Shown one piece after another: positions 24,758 to 32,619 of a DNA stretch of 40,026 nt (within the stretch, counting starts at the first letter, position 1; every line of letters starts with the position of its first letter). A program made the position numbers and the translations under genes. The stretch spans positions 1 through 40,026 of the forward strand of contig JACRBR010000354.1 in assembly GCA_016213125.1 (NCBI GenBank). The letters are read 5' to 3'. The notes beneath the pieces were generated by a model. It made no database searches. It saw only the letters and a program-made list of their open reading frames with translations, and was not told the DNA's origin. This DNA comes from Chloroflexota bacterium. Lineage in GTDB: Bacteria; Chloroflexota; Dehalococcoidia; DSTF01; JACRBR01.

Positions 24758-27541
24758 TCAGGCCTTCTCGATCTCGACTCGTTGTGCGCGCGGCGTGTGA
24801 CTGGGCTGGCCCAGGATGGGCCGGAAGCTCAGGTGCCCGTACCCGCCCAGCATGTGCAGCGGCTTGAAAGCGCCGGTCACGACTGTCTGGCTGCTCTGCC
24901 AGCCCTCGAACTGGTACGGCTCCCAGGCGTGATAGATGATGGCCTGGCCCACCTGGACGGCGGCCGACGGCTTCGCGAGCGCCTTGAACTTCCCAACCTC
25001 GTTCCGAACCCAGACCACGTCATTGTCGGCGATGTTTCGTTCCAACGAGTCTCGCGCGCTGATGTACACGACGGGCTCGCCTCGCTGGAGGTTGAGCAGC
25101 GTCTTGTTCGCCCGGAAGATCGCGTGGATGCTATGGCGGGTGTGCCCGCCCGTGAGCTCCAACGGGAAGTTGCCGCCGGACATGGGATTTTCCTTGTGGA
25201 CGGGCAGCCCTTCACCGGCTTCGAGATACCACGGGTGGTCAAGGTAGAACTGCTGCCGCCCGGTAAGCGTCGGCCACGGCTCCTTGCCCTCGACGAACCA
25301 CTTCAGCGGGGCGAGCGCCTCGCCTTCCTCCAGGTCGGAACAGATCGCCGTGATGGGGCCGTAGCTGCCTGTTGACTTGACGCGCATCGCGCCCTTCGCC
25401 GCCAGTTCGTCCCAGGAAACGCCGGCCAGCGGCTGGGACATGCTCACGGAGACGTTGAGCGCTTTCGTGTCGTCGCCTTCGTTGAACTCACCCTGCAGGC
25501 TCCAGTCGTCGTACATGTGGGTGAGATCGTGCGTGCGGCCGATGGCGTCGACGTATGGCACCTCTTCGCGTTGGCGGGCCCGCTCCTGGATCTTCATCGC
25601 GAGCCTGGCCATGATGTCGAACTCTTTCGCCGACTCAAACAGCGGATCGACCGCGGCATCGCCCACGCAGATGTACGGGACGTAGCTCTGGCTGAACTTG
25701 ATGCCGGACTTCTCGTGCCAGCCCGCGGCGGGCAGGATGATATCGGACTGCATCGCCGAGCTGGACATGCGGAAGTCCCAGTTGACGATGAGTTCCAGGC
25801 TCTCCCACAGGTTCTCGCGGATGATGTGCGGCGACGGCCACCGCCGCAGTGGGTTCATGCTCGTAAACAGCATCATCCTGGGCTTGGGGCCCACGGGCAT
25901 CCAGCCGTTGTCGAACGACTCCTTCGCGTATTCCGCAACGGGTTTCGGCAGCGCGGGATCGTGATACGCCATGTTGTCGACGACTTTGCGATAGCCCTCG
26001 TCGTGCGCGTACAGCCAGGCCATTGTCGGCCTGGTTGTTGTAAACCGCGGGGCCATCGTCTTCATCATGTTCTCGATGTCGCGGACCTTGGGACGCTCCG
26101 TAGCGGCCTGGCCGATCATCCCAAGCTGGTTCTTGTCGTAGTTCAAGGGGATGTTCCACCACGCGCCGATGCGCAGGCCGCCGCCCTGCTTACCGGTGTG
26201 GCCGGCCAGCGCCGAAATCAGGATCATCGAGCGCTGGAAGAGGTCCATGTGGTAGTGCTTGCAGGCTCCCCACGAGGCGAAGATGGAGGCCGCATTCGCG
26301 CCGGCGAAGTCGCGCGCGACCTTCCGGATCGTGTCGGCGTGCACGTTCGTGATGGCCGCCACCTTCTCGGGTGTGTAATCCTCCAGCTCCTTCAGCAGAC
26401 GTACCCACAGGGGGCGCACGGTCACCTTCGTGCCATCGGAAAGCGTCGCGGTGTACTCGCCCTCGAGCGCCGGGACCACGCCATCCAGCTCTATGGAAGC
26501 GATCGGATGGGCCTGGCTGCCGGGGGCCTCGACCATCTTCTTTTGCTTGGGGTCCCAGAAGTAGAAGGTGGATTCGCTGCCGTCTGCCTGAAGATCAGAC
26601 TGGCGAAGGAACCGCCCGTTGTCCTCGCGGACGAGCAACGGAAGATCCGTCTGCTCCCGGACATAGTCGAGCTTGCAGAGGCCCTCGTCCACCATGACCG
26701 CGGCCATGCCAAGCGCGAACGCCGCATCCGTGGCGACGCGGAGGTTCACCCACAGATCGGCGTGCATCGCGGAAGGACTGTAGTCGGGCGCGATGATCAC
26801 GACCTGGGCCCCTCGATACCGCGACTCCAGCATGTAGTGAGCATCGGGAATGCGCGTGTAGGCGGGGTTCCCCAGCCAGATCATGATGTAATCGGAGTTC
26901 ATGTAATCGTCTGAGGTCCCGTCGGCGTTGAAGAGGCCCCATGTTTGAATGGCGCCCATCGGCAGGTCGCCCACGCTCGCCCATTCGTCCAGCGAGGTTG
27001 TGCCGATGAGGTCGACGAGACGGAACTGCGCCGGCGAGCCCGGACCGAAGTCGATGTTCGTCGTGCCCATGTCATAGACGATCGACTCGGGGCCACTGGT
27101 GGTTGCAACATCCAGCACCTTGTCGGCGACCTCGGTGAGCGCCTCGTCCCAGCTGATGCGTTGCCACTTGCCGGATCCTCGCGGGCCGGCGCGTCGCATG
27201 GGGTACTTGATGCGCGTCGCATCGTACATGAGGTCGGAGTAGACGATGCCCTTCTGACAACCGCGCGGGTTGAAGTCGGGCAGATGATCGCCGGACGCTT
27301 CGTAGATGGCGTTCTGCTCTTCACGCAGGATGATGCCGTCCTTCACGAAGAGATTCAGCGTGCAGGCCGCGATGCAGTCGGCCTGGTTGCACGTGCCCTT
27401 GACCACGCGATCCCACGACCACGTGTCGCGGTACAGATCTTCGGTGGAGTTGTACGGCTGGGGCGGCGCCTCACCATTCGCGGCAAGCCGGCGCAGCGTC
27501 GTGCGAGATTGGGTGGCGACCGCCACGTTGCGAGACGGCAT
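24758..27541 (-). CDS. Type-II DMSO-reductase-family molybdopterin oxidoreductase, alpha subunit (paralog C; most divergent; no Tat signal)
   Basis: ORF track 24758..27754. ATG 27541 follows GGAGGAG. Variant FS0 motif KGTCNQADCIAACTLNLFVKDG. SVGDLPMG, REQTDLPLLVR, YHMDLFQR...ALAGHTG, TLTGRQQFYLDHPWYLEAGE and GGYGHLSF. Confidence 0.9.
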   Translation of the reverse strand: MPSRNVAVATQSRTTLRRLAANGEAPPQPYNSTEDLYRDTWSWDRVVKGTCNQADCIAACTLNLFVKDGIILREEQNAIYEASGDHLPDFNPRGCQKGIVYSDLMYDATRIKYPMRRAGPRGSGKWQRISWDEALTEVADKVLDVATTSGPESIVYDMGTTNIDFGPGSPAQFRLVDLIGTTSLDEWASVGDLPMGAIQTWGLFNADGTSDDYMNSDYIMIWLGNPAYTRIPDAHYMLESRYRGAQVVIIAPDYSPSAMHADLWVNLRVATDAAFALGMAAVMVDEGLCKLDYVREQTDLPLLVREDNGRFLRQSDLQADGSESTFYFWDPKQKKMVEAPGSQAHPIASIELDGVVPALEGEYTATLSDGTKVTVRPLWVRLLKELEDYTPEKVAAITNVHADTIRKVARDFAGANAASIFASWGACKHYHMDLFQRSMILISALAGHTGKQGGGLRIGAWWNIPLNYDKNQLGMIGQAATERPKVRDIENMMKTMAPRFTTTRPTMAWLYAHDEGYRKVVDNMAYHDPALPKPVAEYAKESFDNGWMPVGPKPRMMLFTSMNPLRRWPSPHIIRENLWESLELIVNWDFRMSSSAMQSDIILPAAGWHEKSGIKFSQSYVPYICVGDAAVDPLFESAKEFDIMARLAMKIQERARQREEVPYVDAIGRTHDLTHMYDDWSLQGEFNEGDDTKALNVSVSMSQPLAGVSWDELAAKGAMRVKSTGSYGPITAICSDLEEGEALAPLKWFVEGKEPWPTLTGRQQFYLDHPWYLEAGEGLPVHKENPMSGGNFPLELTGGHTRHSIHAIFRANKTLLNLQRGEPVVYISARDSLERNIADNDVVWVRNEVGKFKALAKPSAAVQVGQAIIYHAWEPYQFEGWQSSQTVVTGAFKPLHMLGGYGHLSFRPILGQPSHTPRAQRVEIEKA

Positions 27542-27659
27542 GGCTCCTCCAGCTAGGAAGAAGCCGGGGTCTGCGCACAGTATCTGACGACAGACGTCAT
27601 GCTCGTTAGAGCCATACGGCCCGGGCGCTGGCTGCCATCGGTCGCGCATCCTATGCCGT

Positions 27660-27671
27660 CGGCCATGGCCG
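27660..27671. promoter_or_regulatory. 12-bp perfect palindrome in the divergent alpha-C / alpha-D promoter region
   Basis: CGGCCATGGCCG, read directly. It shares the GGCCA/TGGCC half-sites with the palindrome at 21753-21768. Confidence 0.3.
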
Positions 27672-27845
27672 CAACATCCCGCCGTGCCCCTCCCGATCGA
27701 GGGCCCTTCGGAGGCTGCGGAGACTCGGTCCTTGAGCTTGTGCCGAACGGCCATGCCGAGGTAATGCCAAAAGACCCTATAACCCTTATTCTAGCAAACG
27801 CTAAATTAAGCGACGCCATCCATCGAGAACCAGAGAGGAGACGAG

Positions 27846-30722
27846 ATGGCAACGCCGAAGACACTATCCAAACCCCGGACCAGGTCCGGGAACGGATCGA
27901 AGGCCGTGACATTGCCGCCGGTCACGCTCTCGCGCGCCGCGCAGGCCGGTCCGATCGAGGACGAATACCGCGAGAAGATCAAGTGGCAGAAGTGGACGTG
28001 GGGTAGCCACTGCGTCGACTGCTATCCCAGCAACTGCCCCTTCAGGGTCTACGTCGGAAAAGACGGCGAGGTGTGGCGCGAAGAGCAAGCCGGCACCTAC
28101 GGCGTCGTCGAGGCGGGCGTTCCGGACTTCAATCCCGCGGGTTGCCAGAAAGGTGTGTCCTGGCACCGGCTCCTGACGGGGAAGGAGCGGGTGCTGAAGC
28201 CCCTCAAGCGCGCGGGTCCCCGCGGCAGCGGCCAGTGGCAGGAGGTGTCCTGGGACCAGGCGCTGGGCGAAATCGCCGACCACGTAATCGACGCGATCCA
28301 GGACCAGGGCCCCGAATCCATCATTCGCATCGGCGAGCCCGCGGAGGGCGGCACGCAGTCGCTCATCTACGGAAGCGCCGTGGTGAACCACATCGGCGGG
28401 ACGGTGACGGACGTCCAGGCCGAGATCAACGACTTTTCACCGGGGATCTACATCACCTTCGGCAAGTTCGATCCCGCGGCCAGCTGCGACGACTGGTTCC
28501 ACACGGACCTGATGCTCTGCTGGCAGATCAATCCCGCGTACACGTCGATCCCCTGGTACCACTTCATCGCCGAAGGGCGGTACCGCGGCGCCGAGGTTGT
28601 AGTCGTCGCTCCCGACTTCAACCCTACGGCGCCGCATGCCGATTACTACGTGCCGGTCCGCATCGGCACTGACGTGGCTCTCGCAAACGCGATGAGCCAG
28701 GTGATCATCGAGGAAGATCTGGCCGACTGGAAGTTCGTGCGCGAACAGACCGACCTTCCCCTCCTCGTGCGCCTCGATAACCAGCGCTTCCTGCGGGGAA
28801 GCGACGTCGATGGCGGTCGCGACGACCAGTTCTACTGGTTCGACGAAAAGACCCAGCAGGTCGTGGAGGCGCCTCGGGGGACGCTGGCGCTCGGCAAACG
28901 GAAGCCAGCGCTGGAGGGCGTGTTCAAGGCGAAGTTGGCCAACGGGAAGACCGTCAAGGTCACCACCGCCTTCGCGATGCTGAAGGACCTGCTGAACAGG
29001 GACTACACCCCGGAGAAGGCAGAGGCCATCTGCGGCACCAGCCCCGACATCATCCGGAACATCGCGCGCAAGGCGGCGAAGAAGCGCACGCGCATGCTCA
29101 TGGGCTGGAACTCCGGCAAGTACTACCACGGCGACCTCATGGAACGCTCGATGATGCTCATCCTGGCGCTCACAGGGAACTGGGGGAAGAAGGGCACCGG
29201 GGCGCGCTCGTGGGCCGTGGGGATGTTCGACGGGCAGTTCTTCGCCCCGAACAAGCCGGCGCCGGGCCAGGAGATCACCGCGCAGGCGATGGCCGGCCGC
29301 GACGCGATGTACAAGGCGCTCCTCGCCGAAGATCCGACCATGACCGAGGAGATCATCGGCCACGAGATGTCGTACCGCGGCGCCGCGATGGGTGGCACTG
29401 TCCCGCCTGCGTTCTTCTGGTACTACCACTGCGGCTACAAGGAGATCTGGAACAAGAAGACCTGGGGTGACGTGGGCATGAAGCGCACGTTCGATCAGTA
29501 CTTCGAAGAGGCGCTGGACAAAGGCTGGTTTACAGGGACCGTGCAGCCGGCCGCCACCCAGGAACCGCGCATGATCTTCGAGGTGGGCTCCAACCTGCTG
29601 CGCCGGACGCGCGGCGGGCAGAACATGCTGCTCAAGAATCTCTGGCCAAAGCTCTCCTGCATCGTCAGCATCGATTGGCGCATGAGCACGACAGGTCTGT
29701 GGTCGGACTACGTCCTCCCGGCCGCGCATCACTATGAGAAGCCGAACTTCTGTTACTCCACCCCCCACATCATGCACCTGACCTTCTCCGACCGGGCGGT
29801 GCCGCCGCGCGGCGAGTCCAAGGAGGAGTTCGAGATCGCCGTAGAGCTCTCGCGGAAGATCGAGGAGCGCGCAAAGGCCCGGAAATTCGTCGAGTACACC
29901 GACGCGCACGGGCAGCCGCGCCGCCTGGACGACATGGTCAACCGAATGACCCTAAACGGCTACTACAAGAACTCGGACAAGGTGCTCGACGAGATGGTTC
30001 GGGACAGCGTCGTGATGGGCAACCTGCCCGAGGGCACCACGCTGGACACCATGCGCGAGGAAGGCTACGTACGATTCACGGGCTGGGGCATGTCGCCCAT
30101 GGCCATCGGGCAGGCGTCCGACATCAAGGAAGACGAAACCCATGCGCCGTTCCGGTGGCACACCGAGAAGAAGATGCCATTCCCGACACTCACGCGCCGC
30201 GCGCAGTTTTATATCGACCACGACTGGTTCCTCGAGGCGGGCGAGCAGTTCCCCGTCCACAAGGACACGCCTGCGCAGGGCGGGGACTATCCCTTCCACC
30301 TGACGAGCGGACACCCGCGCTGGTCGATCCACTCGATGAACATGACCAACAGGATCATTCTGAACACGCACCGCGGCCACCCGTTCTGTTACATCAACAC
30401 GACGGATGCCGAGCAGCGTGGCCTCAAGGATGACGAAGAGGTCGAGCTGTACAACGACATGGGTGCGATGAAGGTTGCGCTACGCGTTGCGCCTTCGGTG
30501 CGGCCGGGTCAGCTCATCATCTACAACGGCTTCGAGCCGTACCAGTTCGACGAATGGCACGACCCGGCGAACGTTGAGCCCGGCATGGTCAAGTGGCTCG
30601 CCTTCGCGGGCGGTTATGGACACCTGCGGTATCGCGGCATTCACTGGCAGCCGGTCCCCATCGACCGGGCGATCCGCCTGGATGTCCGAAAGATTGCACA
30701 CGTCGGAAAGGAGGCAGTGTGA
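27846..30722 (+). CDS. Type-II DMSO-reductase-family molybdopterin oxidoreductase, alpha subunit (paralog D; closest to A; no Tat signal)
   Basis: ORF track; AGAGGAG RBS. WGSHCVDCYPSNCPFRVYVGKDG, EINDFSPG, REQTDLPLLVR, YYHGDLMER...ALTGNWG, TLTRRAQFYIDHDWFLEAGE and GGYGHLRY. Confidence 0.92.
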   Translation: MATPKTLSKPRTRSGNGSKAVTLPPVTLSRAAQAGPIEDEYREKIKWQKWTWGSHCVDCYPSNCPFRVYVGKDGEVWREEQAGTYGVVEAGVPDFNPAGCQKGVSWHRLLTGKERVLKPLKRAGPRGSGQWQEVSWDQALGEIADHVIDAIQDQGPESIIRIGEPAEGGTQSLIYGSAVVNHIGGTVTDVQAEINDFSPGIYITFGKFDPAASCDDWFHTDLMLCWQINPAYTSIPWYHFIAEGRYRGAEVVVVAPDFNPTAPHADYYVPVRIGTDVALANAMSQVIIEEDLADWKFVREQTDLPLLVRLDNQRFLRGSDVDGGRDDQFYWFDEKTQQVVEAPRGTLALGKRKPALEGVFKAKLANGKTVKVTTAFAMLKDLLNRDYTPEKAEAICGTSPDIIRNIARKAAKKRTRMLMGWNSGKYYHGDLMERSMMLILALTGNWGKKGTGARSWAVGMFDGQFFAPNKPAPGQEITAQAMAGRDAMYKALLAEDPTMTEEIIGHEMSYRGAAMGGTVPPAFFWYYHCGYKEIWNKKTWGDVGMKRTFDQYFEEALDKGWFTGTVQPAATQEPRMIFEVGSNLLRRTRGGQNMLLKNLWPKLSCIVSIDWRMSTTGLWSDYVLPAAHHYEKPNFCYSTPHIMHLTFSDRAVPPRGESKEEFEIAVELSRKIEERAKARKFVEYTDAHGQPRRLDDMVNRMTLNGYYKNSDKVLDEMVRDSVVMGNLPEGTTLDTMREEGYVRFTGWGMSPMAIGQASDIKEDETHAPFRWHTEKKMPFPTLTRRAQFYIDHDWFLEAGEQFPVHKDTPAQGGDYPFHLTSGHPRWSIHSMNMTNRIILNTHRGHPFCYINTTDAEQRGLKDDEEVELYNDMGAMKVALRVAPSVRPGQLIIYNGFEPYQFDEWHDPANVEPGMVKWLAFAGGYGHLRYRGIHWQPVPIDRAIRLDVRKIAHVGKEAV

Positions 30723-30724
30723 GT

Positions 30725-31363
30725 ATGCGCGCGAAGAAGGTCTCCAACGCTTCCGTCCTGCTGGATCCCGCCGCTGCGGGATGGCAGAAGGTGGAACGTG
30801 ACGTTATCGACCTGGTGGGCATGCCGGTCCACGTTCAGACATCACGGTATGTCCGGACGGTATGGGCCGACAAGCTGGTCGGAAAGGTGAGAGCCGTATC
30901 CGTGCGAGCGGCCCACGACGGGGAACGAGTCGCCTTCCTGTTGGAGTGGGCGGACGATACCCAGAACACAGAGTTCGCGGAGCGCATGTTCCCGGATGCG
31001 GCAGCCGTCCTGTTTCCCGGTAATGGCGCCGCACCGATCGGCACCCTGGGCGCACCCGATGCCGCGGTCAACGAGTGGTACTGGCGTGCCGATCTGGAAA
31101 CCGGCGAGAACCTCGTCGCGCACGGCCTGGGGACGGACAAGCCCACCAACGGCGCCGCGATCGATGCGAAGGGCGCCTGGAAGGACGGGCGCTGGTCCGT
31201 CGTGCTCAGCCGCCCGCTGAAGGCGAAGGGCGCGGACAACGTCAAGCTCACGCCGGGTAAGACGGCCAGCTTCGGCGTGACGATCTGGGAAGGCAGCAAT
31301 CGCGAGCGGGGCGACCTCCGGTCGTATTCGCAGCAGTGGCACGAGCTGACGCTCGAGCAATAG
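30725..31363 (+). CDS. EB_dh-type gamma subunit, paralog 2, no signal peptide; Arg at the position aligned with the paralog-1 Lys
   Basis: ATG 30725 (alternative GTG 30719 overlapping the alpha-D stop) after AAGGAGG. VSVRAAHDGERVAFLLEWADD, FPDAAAVLFPG and WEGSNRERGDLRSYSQQWHEL align with gamma-1. Confidence 0.8.
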   Translation: MRAKKVSNASVLLDPAAAGWQKVERDVIDLVGMPVHVQTSRYVRTVWADKLVGKVRAVSVRAAHDGERVAFLLEWADDTQNTEFAERMFPDAAAVLFPGNGAAPIGTLGAPDAAVNEWYWRADLETGENLVAHGLGTDKPTNGAAIDAKGAWKDGRWSVVLSRPLKAKGADNVKLTPGKTASFGVTIWEGSNRERGDLRSYSQQWHELTLEQ

Positions 31364-31373
31364 GAGGCGTCCC

Positions 31374-32456
31374 ATGGCGAAGAACGGTGCAAGTGCAAGC
31401 AAGGCCGCCATCGGTCACAAGGCACCTGGCCAGGTGGCGATGGTGTTTGACCTGAACAAGTGCATCGGCTGTCAGACGTGCTCCGTCGCGTGCAAGACGC
31501 TCTGGACGCGCGACGAAGGCACCGACTACCAGTGGTGGATGACCGTCAACACCTTGCCCGGCAAGGGCGCCCCCAAGGACTGGGAGCAGATGGGCGGCGG
31601 GTACCGCGAAGGCGTCCCGCAGGAAGGCACGCTTCCCACGCGTCAGGAGTTTGGCGGGGGTTGGGACTTCAACTACGACGAGGTCTTCTACCAGGGCAAG
31701 GGCAACACGGTGCACCTGCAGCCCGTCGGCCCTAAGCCAACCTGGGGTCCCAACTGGGACGAGGATCAGGGCGCGGGCGAGTACCCGAACGCTTACTACT
31801 TCTATATGCCGCGCCTGTGCAACCACTGCACGCGCCCGTCGTGCGTCGAGGCCTGCCCCCGTGGCTCCATGTACAAACGCCCCGAGGACGGCATCGTCCT
31901 GCGGGACGAGGACAACTGCCGGGGCCTGCAGTTCTGCGCCGAGGCCTGCCCGTACAAGAAGATCTACTTCAACTACATCAAGAAGGTCAGCCAGCACTGC
32001 ATCATGTGCTTCCCTCGTCTGGAGCAGGGTGTGGCGCCCGCCTGCGCCCGGCAGTGCCCGGGGCGCCTGGTCTTCGTCGGACACCTGGACGACGTCGATC
32101 GCCCGATTCACAAGCTGGTGTACGACTACGAGGTGGCCCTGCCGTTGCACCCGGAGTATGGCACCGAGGCCAACATCTTCTACGTGCCCCCCATGAGCCC
32201 GTACCGCCTGAAGGAAGACGGCAGCCTGGACATGGAGACGCCGCGTATCCCGATGGAATACCTCGAGCGTCTGTTCGGCCCCCGCGTGCACAAGGCAATG
32301 AACACGCTGCAGGGCGAGATGAAGAAGGTCCGCGCGGGCGGAAAGTCGGAGCTACTGGACATGCTCATCGTGTACCGCTGGCACACGCTGTTCGAGCCGT
32401 TTACGAGAGACCCAGTGGAGGTGGGTGGACCGCAAGCGGTGAAGAGCGGCAGATAA
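31374..32456 (+). CDS. NarH/EbdB-like iron-sulfur beta subunit (paralog 1)
   Basis: ORF track; GGAGG RBS. Cys groups CIGCQTCSVAC, CNHCTRPSCVEACP, CRGLQFCAEACP and CIMCFPRLEQGVAPACARQCP. Confidence 0.92.
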   Translation: MAKNGASASKAAIGHKAPGQVAMVFDLNKCIGCQTCSVACKTLWTRDEGTDYQWWMTVNTLPGKGAPKDWEQMGGGYREGVPQEGTLPTRQEFGGGWDFNYDEVFYQGKGNTVHLQPVGPKPTWGPNWDEDQGAGEYPNAYYFYMPRLCNHCTRPSCVEACPRGSMYKRPEDGIVLRDEDNCRGLQFCAEACPYKKIYFNYIKKVSQHCIMCFPRLEQGVAPACARQCPGRLVFVGHLDDVDRPIHKLVYDYEVALPLHPEYGTEANIFYVPPMSPYRLKEDGSLDMETPRIPMEYLERLFGPRVHKAMNTLQGEMKKVRAGGKSELLDMLIVYRWHTLFEPFTRDPVEVGGPQAVKSGR

Positions 32457-32489
32457 CTGGCAATCACGTTTTAGTTGAGGCCGGGGTCT

Positions 32490-32591
32490 GCACCCAGCCG
32501 GCGTCCCTGCAGGCGGCGATGAGCAAGTCGAGCGTTCCTCTTCGCAGGGGGCGCTGCCGGCGGAACCGCTTGAGATACGCCGGCTGGGTGC
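32490..32591 (+). promoter_or_regulatory. Structured intercistronic element (14-15 bp long-range stem enclosing ~73 nt) upstream of alpha-E
   Basis: GCACCCAGCCGGCG (32490-32503) is the exact reverse complement of CGCCGGCTGGGTGC (32578-32591). There is an inner CCCTGC/GCAGGG pairing, and a 26-codon Arg-rich uORF (32519-32599) runs through the 3' arm. Confidence 0.35.
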
Positions 32592-32619
32592 TTCAATAAA
32601 GAAAAGATGGGAATGGACT

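Noticed and set aside
27400-27541. TLRRLAANG in the alpha-C N-terminus as a Tat motif.
   Set aside because: The twin Arg is not in an S/T-R-R-x-F-L-K context and is followed by polar residues (GEAPPQPYNSTED) rather than a hydrophobic h-region.
32457-32619. Molybdenum-cofactor (Moco) riboswitch upstream of alpha-E.
   Set aside because: The context is attractive, but I could not recognise the conserved Moco-motif sequence blocks by eye. I report it only as an unclassified structured spacer; a covariance-model search would decide.
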